From the IMG/VR virus record IMGVR_UViG_3300045988_174840: a stretch of DNA of 64,000 nt; one strand, 5' to 3'. How positions within the stretch are numbered: position 1 is the stretch's first letter; each line of letters begins with the position of its first letter. This document shows, in pieces, positions 29,121 to 39,465 of this stretch. The stretch comes from a virus. The notes below the pieces were generated by a model. The model saw only the letters and a list, made by a program, of their open reading frames with translations. It did no database searches and was not told the DNA's origin. Made by a program: the position numbers and the translations under genes.

Positions 29121-29390
29121 TTATTTAATTATTTTAAAAGATATTCCCATCAGCAGGAAAGGTAATCCTATTAAGATTTTTTCTTTTGTTGAAAGGTTGG
29201 TTAGTAAAGACATAAATAAAATCATACTTGAAAAAGAAAAAATACTGCGATTAACGTCTATCGTTACTATTATTCTACTATTGTTATTATTTTCTTCTTC
29301 TTTCTTTTTTCTAATTCTTTTCTGTTTAGAATTAGGAGCATTACTCCTTGTTTCAATATATGTTTTATTATCCCTTGTGTAAGTTTTCAT
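29121..29390 (-). CDS. small basic protein with a C-terminal transmembrane segment
   Basis: ORF; KKKEEENNNN low-complexity run, then a hydrophobic tail. Confidence 0.3.
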   Translation of the reverse strand: MKTYTRDNKTYIETRSNAPNSKQKRIRKKKEEENNNNSRIIVTIDVNRSIFSFSSMILFMSLLTNLSTKEKILIGLPFLLMGISFKIIK

Positions 29391-29479
29391 TTCCTTCCTT
29401 CTTTCTTTCTTTCCTTTTGATATAATAATTATATCATATTTTTTTAAAAAAATAAAATAAGTTTTTTTAACTTACTTTA

Positions 29480-30283
29480 TTAGTATTTAATTACAACAGA
29501 ATCATTAGAATTTTCAATATATTCATTTAGCTGAATAAGAGCATCATTAAAAAGCATCAATCTTTTTCTCCCATCAGTTCTAGGATAATCTCTAAATTGA
29601 TGATAATGTCCCCAAAGCCAAGCTTCGTAATCTAATTTATACTCTATTTCTCCCAAATACCGCTCCATAGATTTATCTACAGTAGCCTGGTCTACAACAG
29701 ATAAAAATAAATCTGTTGGTTCAAAGATAATTGGACAGGTATGTGACAGCACTAAATCGCACCGCCAGTGTTCTTTATCTAACAATTTCCTACCATCTTC
29801 TTTTTCTTCTTCTGATAACTGCTCATTCTCAAACCAAGACCATCCAGAAGATAAGCGTTTATACTTATCTACTGAATATGCTCCTGGCAAAACAAGAGTC
29901 TTATACACAGCATTATCAGCTTCTATCTGATAAAAAGAAACATTATCCATAGCATACTTTATATGCGGATAATTATTTTCTACCCAGACATCATTCTCCC
30001 AGAACTGCTCCTTATGCCATTCATTTGGAGCTTTTTCAGCACATAAACTAGGTCTTTCTTCATGGTTTCCGCGAATAATAAAGTATGTAAAAGGGTATTT
30101 TTCTAATTTTTCTTTTAATTTTCTATCTCTGTGATTAAAAAAGAAATTTAACCCTGCATCTCCAAGAAGTATAATTGCATCTGTCTCTCTTGAAAAGGTA
30201 TATTTTTCTTTATTTCTTAATTCAAAATCACGGATTGGCTTAAAAGATCCGTGTATATCTCCGCACACCCAAACTCTTTTCAT
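29480..30283 (-). CDS. calcineurin-like metallophosphoesterase
   Basis: VCGDIHG, LGDAG and RGNHE motifs. Confidence 0.6.
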   Translation of the reverse strand: MKRVWVCGDIHGSFKPIRDFELRNKEKYTFSRETDAIILLGDAGLNFFFNHRDRKLKEKLEKYPFTYFIIRGNHEERPSLCAEKAPNEWHKEQFWENDVWVENNYPHIKYAMDNVSFYQIEADNAVYKTLVLPGAYSVDKYKRLSSGWSWFENEQLSEEEKEDGRKLLDKEHWRCDLVLSHTCPIIFEPTDLFLSVVDQATVDKSMERYLGEIEYKLDYEAWLWGHYHQFRDYPRTDGRKRLMLFNDALIQLNEYIENSNDSVVIKY

Positions 30284-30516
30284 TTAGCATCTTCCTCTTC
30301 TTTTTCTTTATTTTCTAAGAAAAATTGTTCTAAATTTCTCTTAATATCTTCATATTTCCCTAATTCGTTAATAATTTCCTCAAAAGGACAGTTTTTACAA
30401 ACTGAACCTTCACCTGGATATTCGCCGTAAATTTCACACAGCCAATCTTCTGCTGGACATCCGCCAGCGATTCTACATTCAAAATTATCCTTTTCTCTAG
30501 TAAAATATTTAGTCAT
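30280..30516 (-). CDS. small Cys-rich protein
   Basis: CRIAGGCPAEDWLCE...CKNCPF. Confidence 0.3.
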   Translation of the reverse strand: MTKYFTREKDNFECRIAGGCPAEDWLCEIYGEYPGEGSVCKNCPFEEIINELGKYEDIKRNLEQFFLENKEKEEEDAK

Positions 30517-30748
30517 TTATTTTCCTTCTTTCTTCTCTTTATTATATATAAATTATATCATTTTTTTTTAAAAAAATCAATTTTTAAATTTTGGATTTAG
30601 AAAATGCTGAGACCTTTTTTAAATCAAGAATCGGCTGCCTACGCCCCAGTGGAGTAAGGATTTTTTAACAAAAAAGAAAGAGAAATGATTTAAAAATCAT
30701 CTCTCTTTTTAAGATTATATTCCTCTTTTTAAGATTAGTAATATAAAA

Positions 30749-33238
30749 TTACTCTTTTACTTTGCCCAAGTTTTCAATTAGTTTTTCAAGATTGGTTCCT
30801 CTTAACAATCTATCTGTTACTTCTGCGACAGATTCATTACCTCGAGCGATTGCGTATGGAGCCATTGATTTTGTTACAGTTTCAAGCATAGAAGCATTTG
30901 ATGTAGATGTAAGTGCGGCAACTAAGTCTGGACCGATTGCTGTTACAATCTTACTAACAGTTTCAGCATAAGCTTCCTGTTTAGCTTTCTCAATATTAGC
31001 TTTAGCTTTTTCATATTCTAATTGAGTAGTATCTTCTTTCTTAGTTCTTTCCAATTTAGCCTCAGTAATAGCATCAATAAGGGTCTGCATATCACATTCC
31101 GCTTGTTTCTTAGCTTCAAGCTGCTCCCGCTCCTTCTTATCTAATTCTTCTTTTGCTTTAAGCTCTTCCATTTCAAGAGTTTTCTTAAGTTCAAGTTTAT
31201 GAATTTGATTATCATATCTAATCTTAGCTTCTTCTTTTTCAAAAGCAGCTAATTTAGTTACAACTTCCATTTTTCTTGTTGCATCAGATAATTCAAGACA
31301 TTTACGAATCATTTCTTCTTGATGCTCATTAAGAATATCAGCAACATTTTGTTCAACAGCTATTTTTAACACTTCTACATCATGTACAAGCATACCATTT
31401 TCTTTAAAGAAACGTCCTTCTCTTTCAATTTCTGGTTTTCCATTTTTTATGTTTTTATCATCTGAAAGATCTAAGCAAACTTTTCTAACAATATCAGAAG
31501 CATTTGTATAAAAATCTTCAATATTGTATTTTTTTGCTTCTCTTTTTAGTAAGCTTCTCTGGCGGTCACACATATATTTAACATAATTCTCTACAGAAAA
31601 CCATTTATCTTTATACTTCTCCAAGAAGTCTACGCAGTAAGATACTTTAATTTGAACATTAACAAAATCCTTTGTCTGAACGTTAATTAAATCAGAAATT
31701 TTGTTATTCTCAACCCGTAAGAAAACAGTCTTAATTAAGTTATCTGTTGTTTTAGGGCGTCCTGTTGATAATTCTAAAACTTCAAGAGTTTCATCATAAT
31801 TAAGTAGTTTTGTTTTTGGTCCAACTACTACTTCTCTTTTACCAGATTTAGAAGTTACATTGATTGCATATCCAGTCCAAACATCAATAGTAATAACTCC
31901 ATCAAATCTATTATCTATTGTGATAGTTCTAGGTTTAGTGTAAGAAGTTCCTCTGCTAATACCAGCATTACTTTCAAGACAATCCATTGAAGCTACATCT
32001 GAAAATGCTGAATTAAAAATGAGATTCTTAATGTCAGAAACTCCACCAGTTTTTTTAATATTTTTCTCTAAAGATTTCTCATTTAAAGATTTATTATATT
32101 CAATAGCATCAACGTTACCTGGATACCATAACTGGCACTCTTTTGAAGTTAATTTTCTTTTTACAACTACTTCTTTACGCGGATCTGGTAAATACATCTT
32201 AGGTCCAACTACAGTCTTAATTTCACCAGTTTCACGATTCATCACATATCGACCTTCGCCTTCTGGAATAGCAATAGCGTGATGCATATGTTTTCCATCA
32301 TAAGAAATAATCGCGTGCTCTGGTCTTGGATAATAAATCATCTGCTCATTTCCAGTGATGAATAATTCTTCTCCGATTGGATGAGTAACTCCATTTTCAG
32401 TGTATTCTGCGATAACTTTTACATAGATACCAGAAATTTTTGATAACTCGATAGCTCTAAAACAATAGCTGCCATGTGAAGTTTTAACAAATGTTTCTGT
32501 TGGTTTTGGAAAAACTACATCTGGTCCATGTAGATACCTCTTATTTCCATTTTCATCTTTTAAAATACAATATTCGAGTCTTTCAAGAGTAACTGCATCT
32601 CTAATATAGTTCTTTTCATCGACAGGAATAACTTCAATACCTGTTGGCGGGATGTAAAAAGATACTTTTGTTCCTTCAATAACAAGCATCTGACCCGGAA
32701 AAAACTTGTTTGAAGTTTTCTGTTCTTTTCCATCTGTATCTGTAACTACGCCTTCATTTTTATTCGCGGCGTCCGCATCATAAACTCTAGCTAAAAGATA
32801 CTGATTACTTCTAAGGCGGTGTCCTTGAATTACTTTCGCCATCTGCCCAGGATAAAGAGCAAAAGACTCTGGACCGAAGATGTTTACTTTCTTACCGATC
32901 TCAAGATTAGATGGAGACTGATTTGGTCTACCTGCCTGCGGATGCTGCCCATCTGCTGTTGGATTTTTTAATACCACATACCAGCCTTCTGGGGCTGAAA
33001 TAAAAAGTTGCTTGGCTTTATCATAATCTCCACACTCTTCAAAACGTTTATTCACAGTATTGAAAATAACTGGAGTTTCCTGCTGAGAAAGTGAAGTCTG
33101 AAAAGGTCCGACTGCACATTTGATATTACCATCTGTTTTACTCAAAATGTGAGCAAACTCATTCATATTTAAAACAAAATCTCTCTGGCGAGGAGCTACT
33201 GCTCTTCCGTCATTTTCGTATTCATCATATCTTCCCAT
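30749..33238 (-). CDS. major vault protein (MVP) homologue: MVP repeats, SPFH-like shoulder domain, C-terminal cap-helix coiled coil
   Basis: Residue-level matches to eukaryotic MVP: [21 protein letters not shown] vs [28 protein letters not shown] vs [43 protein letters not shown] vs [43 protein letters not shown] vs LSLSAGRPK; about 130-aa K/E-rich C-terminal coiled coil. Confidence 0.75.
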   Translation of the reverse strand: [829 protein letters not shown]

Positions 33239-33364
33239 TCATTTACCTCTTTATTTTTTTTATTTTCTTTATGTATTTATTATATCATAATTTTTTAATT
33301 TTTTCAATTTATGTAAATATATCTGACCATTTTTAATAATGTTGAGGAATTGAAACTATGAAAA

Positions 33365-34567
33365 CTACTTAGCTTTCATAGCTTCAACATATTTATTACC
33401 TTTAAGCTCTTTATCTTTTGCTAATTCTTTATTTATGATATTTAAGTCATCAACATCCATTCCTTTTAAAAGAGAAATCTGAATTACTTCTTTTAAATTT
33501 GAAAATACCTGCTCTAATTTTGCGATACGGTTAATGGTTCTATAAGAAAATAAACATTCAATTCCCATAGAATCAGTTGCTTTTCTAAAAGCATGAGCAA
33601 AGTTTACTAAGTCCATATTATTTAAAGCCATAGCCTTCTCAATTTTTGGGGAATAGTCAATATTAATTAAGGCAAATCTATCAAGAGAAGCTCTATCAAG
33701 ACAATAGCGTCCAGTGTAATTATTATCTGCACCTGTACCTAATGTATTACCTGCCGCGATAATTCGAAAATTTGGATGTGCTTCTACTTTGCCAATAGGA
33801 AAATCAAAATACCTATTAGCGATTGCCGCGTTTAATATAATTAAAACTTCTGGAATAGAACCATCCATTTCATCAAGGAAGAAAACTCCGCCTTTAGTAA
33901 ATGCTTTGTAGAATTGAGTTTCTTGATATTTACCATTTGCATCAATAAAACCAGTCAGTTTATATTCTTGAGTTACAGCATTGGTAAAATAAAAATCTAA
34001 ACCAAGAGCTTCTGCAACTTGCTTACAGATAACGTTTTTACCAGTTCCTGCCTTGCCAGTCAGATATACTGGAATATCAAGATTAACAATCTGCAATACC
34101 TCGTCAAATTTCTCATGTAAAGTACCTTCAATTTTTCGGGTTTCTGTTGGAGTCTTAATTTCATGCTTCTCTGGGAGGAAACCATAAACTTCTTTAATTC
34201 TTGCATCAATTTTAGGTACAATAATATTCATAATTTCGTCTTCACTTGCTTTTGCAATAGTAGACATCATAAACTTCTGCATTTCTTTAATCATCTGTGC
34301 AGTAGTTTGAGCCATAGCATCTGTCATTAAATTTGCATTTTTTGATTCTATTCTTGGCATATCTTTATCAACCTCTTTCTTCTCTTTTTCAACACTAATA
34401 GAGGAACCATTTTTAAAAATGATTGCAGCGTCAGAAGCTTCTGACTTTTTCTTGGCTTTTATCGCACAACGTTCATGTGCATACCTATTTGCATTTACTT
34501 TAATAAAAGGTTCAAAATCACGATCAAATCTTTCACCACAAAAATAACATTTTACTGGATGTCCCAT
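33365..34567 (-). CDS. MoxR/AAA_5-type AAA+ ATPase with an N-terminal zinc finger
   Basis: LTGKAGTGKN Walker A, FLDEMD Walker B, RIIAAGN and LDRF; N-terminal MGHPVKCYFCGERFDRD...RYAHERCA shared with 7991-8506. Confidence 0.7.
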   Translation of the reverse strand: MGHPVKCYFCGERFDRDFEPFIKVNANRYAHERCAIKAKKKSEASDAAIIFKNGSSISVEKEKKEVDKDMPRIESKNANLMTDAMAQTTAQMIKEMQKFMMSTIAKASEDEIMNIIVPKIDARIKEVYGFLPEKHEIKTPTETRKIEGTLHEKFDEVLQIVNLDIPVYLTGKAGTGKNVICKQVAEALGLDFYFTNAVTQEYKLTGFIDANGKYQETQFYKAFTKGGVFFLDEMDGSIPEVLIILNAAIANRYFDFPIGKVEAHPNFRIIAAGNTLGTGADNNYTGRYCLDRASLDRFALINIDYSPKIEKAMALNNMDLVNFAHAFRKATDSMGIECLFSYRTINRIAKLEQVFSNLKEVIQISLLKGMDVDDLNIINKELAKDKELKGNKYVEAMKAK

Positions 34568-34574
34568 ACACTAA

Positions 34575-35414
34575 TCAACTCCTTTGCTTATCTTGTAATT
34601 TTTCAACAATCTTTTTAACATCATATCCATTTTCTCTAATCCAATAACTATTTAAAATTACGACCGAACCATTTTTACAATTAAGATTTTTTTTAATTAT
34701 ATCTAAATCTTGAATTGGACATCCATATGAGAGAGCGAAAAGAGTTTCTTTAAGATCTGGACAAGTTTCTAAGTATTTAAAGCCAAATCTTCTAAACATG
34801 GATGGATGTGCTATTGGAAAACAAAGTTTTTGTAAGTCCAATTCTTGTCCATAACTTTTTACTTTTACCATTGGAAAAACTGCTTCACTTCTGTTCACAG
34901 TCATCGCTCCAATAAAACCTACTGATAATTCTACTGAGGTGCCTTGAGATTCAAGGAGTTTAATTATAGTAAGTAATGTAGCACCAGCTTTTATAAAAAA
35001 ATCTTGTGACTCACCACAACTTCCAGCAATAGAATAAATAATCGAAATTGTTTTTTTCTTTTGCGGAATTTTATTAATAGTAATCATTGAATTAGGAAGA
35101 TTCCTGATTGCATTTGGAACATTTGGCACATATCCAATAACCGCGTTTGTAGGAACTCTTTTGTTTATAGTAATTAGATTACTATAGCTTTTGCTTTGTT
35201 CCTTCACTTGTTTTTTTATATCTGGTAAAATTTCAGTATATCCTTTTCTAATTAAAGAACTCGCTTCTGCATAGGATTCCGTTCCGTACCATGTTGGTTT
35301 TCTTTCAGGTTTTTCTGAACTATTGCAGTTCCTCATTATTTGATTATTAGGGCGAGAATCTAAGACTTTAATCATTTCATCAATGCTTTTAAAATTCTCA
35401 GTAATAAATCTCAT
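34575..35414 (-). CDS. hypothetical protein (possible degenerate vWA partner of the MoxR ATPase)
   Basis: Directly downstream of the MoxR gene; TISIIYSIAGSCGESQDF weakly resembles the vWA beta1/MIDAS region but lacks the Asp. Confidence 0.35.
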   Translation of the reverse strand: MRFITENFKSIDEMIKVLDSRPNNQIMRNCNSSEKPERKPTWYGTESYAEASSLIRKGYTEILPDIKKQVKEQSKSYSNLITINKRVPTNAVIGYVPNVPNAIRNLPNSMITINKIPQKKKTISIIYSIAGSCGESQDFFIKAGATLLTIIKLLESQGTSVELSVGFIGAMTVNRSEAVFPMVKVKSYGQELDLQKLCFPIAHPSMFRRFGFKYLETCPDLKETLFALSYGCPIQDLDIIKKNLNCKNGSVVILNSYWIRENGYDVKKIVEKLQDKQRS

Positions 35415-35611
35415 ATCTTATCAAACCCTTTCTTTTTCTTTATATATCTATTATATCATAATTTTTATAAAAAATAAAAGATGCTTTTTTATTTAGCCTT
35501 TATAAAGATATAAAAAAGAAAGTTTTTTCTTTTTCATACATATAATTATATCAAAATAAAGGTTACATTTTATAATGTAACCTTTCATATAACTTATTTA
35601 AAATAATTGTT

Positions 35612-37177
35612 TTATTTAGCTTCATCAATAGTAGGCTCAATATTGACGGTAACATCTTTGTCTTTTACTATTTTAGCTCCAAGGATTCCTGACAGCAAAC
35701 CTTTAAGATCTAACCCCATAGACTCACTTAATCCTTCTGATACCTGAGTAATGTTCTTCATCACATTCTCAGTTAACTTAGAGCTATCTCCGCCATACAT
35801 ATAGATTTTATCTACGTTTGTATAAGCCTTACCTGCGGCTTCCGCGATAGCTGGCATCTGTTCAAATAATGTTTTAATAGCCTGTAATTGCATATCCATC
35901 TGTGCAGCTTCGCCATACTGTTTCATAGCTTCAGCTTTCTTTAAAATACCTTCAGCTTCCGCTAAAGCTTTAGCCTGAACTGCAGCAGCTTCAGCCTCTC
36001 CTTTAGCTTTAATACCAGCGGCTTCGTTTTCCATCGCAATCTTCTGAGCTTCTGCGGCAGCCTTGGTTGCTTCCGCTTGCTGTTCAGCTTCAAATTTTTC
36101 AGCTTCAGCTTTTTTCTGTCTCTCGAACAATTCAGCTTCAGAAGCTTTCTGAATTTCATAAAGTTTAGCATCTGCGTCCTGCTGAGCCGCGTATTTACGA
36201 GCTTCCGCTTCTTTCTTAACTTCCGCTTCAAGTGTTCTTTCTTTAATTGCAACTGCCCGCTCCTTCAATTCAATTTCTTTCTCTTGTCTAGCCAAGTTGG
36301 CGTTAGCAGTTGTAATTTCAATAGTCTTACGCTGTTCTTCCTGTTGAATCTGATAAGCTGCATCTGCTTCAGCTTTCTTTGTATCAGCTTCCTTCTGTAA
36401 CTCAGCTTTCTGAATAGAAAGTTCATTTTGTTTCTTAGCGATTTCCAAATCAGCTTTTACTTTTGCATCATTTGCTGCCTGAGCTGCTTCCGCCTTAGCA
36501 ACCGCAATTTCTTTTTCTGCTTTTGCTTTTGAAATAGCTGCGTCTTTACTAATCTGAACAGTATTTTCCAGACCTAAGTTTTCGATAACTCCGTTGCGGT
36601 CTTTAAAATTCTGGATATTAAAAGTTGTTAAATCAAGTCCCATATCATTAAGATTAGGAGTCACGTTATCAATGACTTTTTCAGCAAAAGCCTTTTTATC
36701 TCCTTGAATTAATTCTTTTAAAGTTGTTTGAGAAATGATTTCTCGAATATTACCTTCAAAGACAGGAGTAATAATCTCTTTAATTTGATCAGGTCTATAA
36801 CCTAAAAACTTTGAAGCCGCAATTTTCAGTCTTTCTGGATCCTGAGAAATAGATACGTTTGCTACTGCATCTACAAGAATATTGATTGCATCGCTTGTAG
36901 GGATTTCATCTCTTGATGTAAAATCTGATTGAATGTTTTCAAGAGACAAATAATCTACTCTTTGAATAATTGGAATTACAAAACAGCCTTTTCCAATAGC
37001 AGTTCTACATCCTCTCGGACCTGTAATTACCATTGCTGTGTTAGGTGGAGCTTTTTTATACATTGTCTTACTAATTCCCACAATAATGGCAATAACAATA
37101 GCAAGAATTATAACTGTCGTAAAAACAGGTGCACATTTAGCTAAAGTAAAAAGAATTGCGTTTCCTATATTTCCCAT
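35612..37177 (-). CDS. SPFH/band-7 flotillin-like protein with an N-terminal membrane anchor
   Basis: N-terminal TM AILFTLAKCAPVFTTVIILAIVIAIIV, SPFH core, then a long AEAKAEKEIAVAKAEAA... flotillin-type repeat region. Confidence 0.7.
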   Translation of the reverse strand: MGNIGNAILFTLAKCAPVFTTVIILAIVIAIIVGISKTMYKKAPPNTAMVITGPRGCRTAIGKGCFVIPIIQRVDYLSLENIQSDFTSRDEIPTSDAINILVDAVANVSISQDPERLKIAASKFLGYRPDQIKEIITPVFEGNIREIISQTTLKELIQGDKKAFAEKVIDNVTPNLNDMGLDLTTFNIQNFKDRNGVIENLGLENTVQISKDAAISKAKAEKEIAVAKAEAAQAANDAKVKADLEIAKKQNELSIQKAELQKEADTKKAEADAAYQIQQEEQRKTIEITTANANLARQEKEIELKERAVAIKERTLEAEVKKEAEARKYAAQQDADAKLYEIQKASEAELFERQKKAEAEKFEAEQQAEATKAAAEAQKIAMENEAAGIKAKGEAEAAAVQAKALAEAEGILKKAEAMKQYGEAAQMDMQLQAIKTLFEQMPAIAEAAGKAYTNVDKIYMYGGDSSKLTENVMKNITQVSEGLSESMGLDLKGLLSGILGAKIVKDKDVTVNIEPTIDEAK

Positions 37178-37230
37178 GTTTTTCTCCTTTAATATAATAT
37201 TTAATTGTCAATGTTCATTATTTATTTATT

Positions 37231-37449
37231 TTAATCGTTTGGTACAATTTTTTCACCAATAGGCTGATTTAGTTCATCTACCTCTTGGATAAAGTTAATA
37301 GTGTTCTTTTTTAAATTACCAAAGTTTTTCATAAAGGCATCTGTTGCGGTCTTAGCATCAATCGCTTTAATTTTGGTCTTTGTACGAGTTACATTTGGAT
37401 TATACTTTTTATTTATCTGCCAATTAAAAATAAAAGTTTTCATCAACAA
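37231..37449 (-). CDS. small hypothetical protein
   Basis: ORF only. Confidence 0.25.
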   Translation of the reverse strand: MLMKTFIFNWQINKKYNPNVTRTKTKIKAIDAKTATDAFMKNFGNLKKNTINFIQEVDELNQPIGEKIVPND

Positions 37450-37500
37450 TCTCCTTTTTGTTTATTTATTTATTATAAAAATATTATATAATATTTTTTG

Positions 37501-38547
37501 TTAAAATTCAAATGCTTCCGCTTTTAATTCAGGATGAGTAATTTTAATATAAGTACCTTTCATGCCCATACTAGCAATATCTGCTACTTTATTCTCTTTC
37601 ATTTTACTTAAAAGATTATTATAAACAGAACGTGAAATTTTGTTTTTTTCAACCAACTTAACGATACTTATACTGCCCTCACTGCCAATTTCTTCAATAA
37701 TAGAATAATAAGCTCTCTCTTCTGCATGAGTTAATTGTCTAAAGAAATTTTTTTTTGAAATAAATTCTTTTTTAACTCCGTCAAAAGAACTTCTTAAAAT
37801 TTCAATAGTACCAATATCTAACGCAGCTTCTGCGTTTTCACGTTCTGGAGATTTTCTATTGCGATATTTTGTTGCGAACCTATCTACATCATACATAAGA
37901 GTTTCTGCGAGATATAATTTTTTTTCTGGATTTGAGCATACCTTTAATAAACCATACTTTAAATTCCAAAGCATAGTAAAGTTTTCTTCTTTTGGTTGAA
38001 TACACTCTAAGTAAGGTTTATTTTGAACATATTGTTCTAAGAAATAAAATAATCTTTTTGCATTATGCAATTTCTTATTATCTGTAGGATTCTGCTTTAA
38101 TGTATGAACTAACTGACCGCTAATGGACTGTATTGCCCTAAGTTCATCATATCTTGCAATAGATTCTCTTGAGGCGATAAAATATTTATGAAATAAATCT
38201 TTATATTTTGGATTTATAATACAATATTCTGTAAATAAAATCTCTGTATAGTTGATATTTTGTTTCATTAGCTGAATCCGCAGAGAACGAAAGTCTTTTA
38301 AATCAATATGTTCACCATTTTTATAATGGATTTCTTTAGAAAGTAGTGAAGTGTTTAAACACAAATCAGAAAAAGATGGCAAAATAAACACCTTACTATC
38401 AACATCACTAGTCTCTGTCGCAAAACCATAGTTTTGAGAGCCATAAAGAAAGATACCTAAAATTCTATCTTCATTATAGCCTAAGTTAATTACGTAATCT
38501 AAATGCTCTTGAAGTCTTTTCATTATTTTTTCTTTTTGTACAGCCAT
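37501..38547 (-). CDS. nucleotidyltransferase-fold (Pol-beta superfamily) protein
   Basis: GIFLYGSQNYGFATETSDVDSKVF carries the GS-x9-DxD minimal nucleotidyltransferase signature; helical C-terminal domain. Confidence 0.5.
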   Translation of the reverse strand: MAVQKEKIMKRLQEHLDYVINLGYNEDRILGIFLYGSQNYGFATETSDVDSKVFILPSFSDLCLNTSLLSKEIHYKNGEHIDLKDFRSLRIQLMKQNINYTEILFTEYCIINPKYKDLFHKYFIASRESIARYDELRAIQSISGQLVHTLKQNPTDNKKLHNAKRLFYFLEQYVQNKPYLECIQPKEENFTMLWNLKYGLLKVCSNPEKKLYLAETLMYDVDRFATKYRNRKSPERENAEAALDIGTIEILRSSFDGVKKEFISKKNFFRQLTHAEERAYYSIIEEIGSEGSISIVKLVEKNKISRSVYNNLLSKMKENKVADIASMGMKGTYIKITHPELKAEAFEF

Positions 38548-38564
38548 ATAATTCCTCCTTTCAT

Positions 38565-39290
38565 TTAAAGAGTAAATTTTCTATCATAAAAATATTTTTC
38601 TACTTTCATTTCATCTAAGTCAAATAAGGCGACTTTTCCTGAATTAACAGAATTTAAGTCTAAATCTATTTTATGACCATTAGCGTATATTAAAATTTCT
38701 GCTTTAGCGGTCTGACCTAAAACAGAAGATACCCACTGAACAGGAGAATGTCCATGGATGATATACCGGTTTTCATATTCTTTTGTTTTATTCCAATCTT
38801 CAAAAATATGGATTCTACCCCATAAATAAGGTAATTCAGTTTTTTCGATTACTTTCATTTCTTCTTTGGATTTATCTATATTCATTCCAGCGTGAGATAG
38901 AAAAATTTTCTGACCTTTCGTGTTCGTATAATTTATATATTCTGGTAAATTATTTAATTTTTTTACAAGGTTAATTAAAGAATCATCACTCCATAAAGAA
39001 AGAGAGTCCCAAGTAGGTCTTCCGCCATCGGCAAACCAAAAAAGTAGAAATTCAGTATCTCCATGAAGATATTCTGAAATACAGGATGCCGCCATATGCT
39101 CGTGGTTTCCTTTTAAATAAATAACTCTTTTATCTTTTAAAAGTTCTTCCATGAGAACTACTCCATCTGGACCGCGGTCTATTGCATCTCCGAGGAAATA
39201 TAATGTATCTGTTTCATCGCAATAATTTTTAATTTGACGCCATAAATCGTAGCAACCATGCAAATCTGTAAAACAATAATGTTTATTCAT
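38565..39290 (-). CDS. lambda-type Ser/Thr protein phosphatase / ApaH-like metallophosphatase
   Basis: DLHGCYD, GDAIDRGPDG and GNHE, the PPP/lambda-PPase signature. Confidence 0.65.
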   Translation of the reverse strand: MNKHYCFTDLHGCYDLWRQIKNYCDETDTLYFLGDAIDRGPDGVVLMEELLKDKRVIYLKGNHEHMAASCISEYLHGDTEFLLFWFADGGRPTWDSLSLWSDDSLINLVKKLNNLPEYINYTNTKGQKIFLSHAGMNIDKSKEEMKVIEKTELPYLWGRIHIFEDWNKTKEYENRYIIHGHSPVQWVSSVLGQTAKAEILIYANGHKIDLDLNSVNSGKVALFDLDEMKVEKYFYDRKFTL

Positions 39291-39465
39291 ATCTATTCCT
39301 CACTTTTCTTTTATTATAAATATATTATATAATAATTTTAATGAAAAATCAATTTTTATTCTATTGGACAAAGTAAAATAATTTTAAAATTAGATTTTTA
39401 ATAATTTTTATAGAAGAAAATAATTTTGTTTATATAAAATTTTTAAGAAAGGAATAGATAATAAA

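Noticed and set aside
35962-36400. Overlapping 96-aa and 107-aa ORFs on both strands
   Set aside because: Both lie inside the flotillin gene's repetitive EA-rich region; they are frame artefacts of the repeat.
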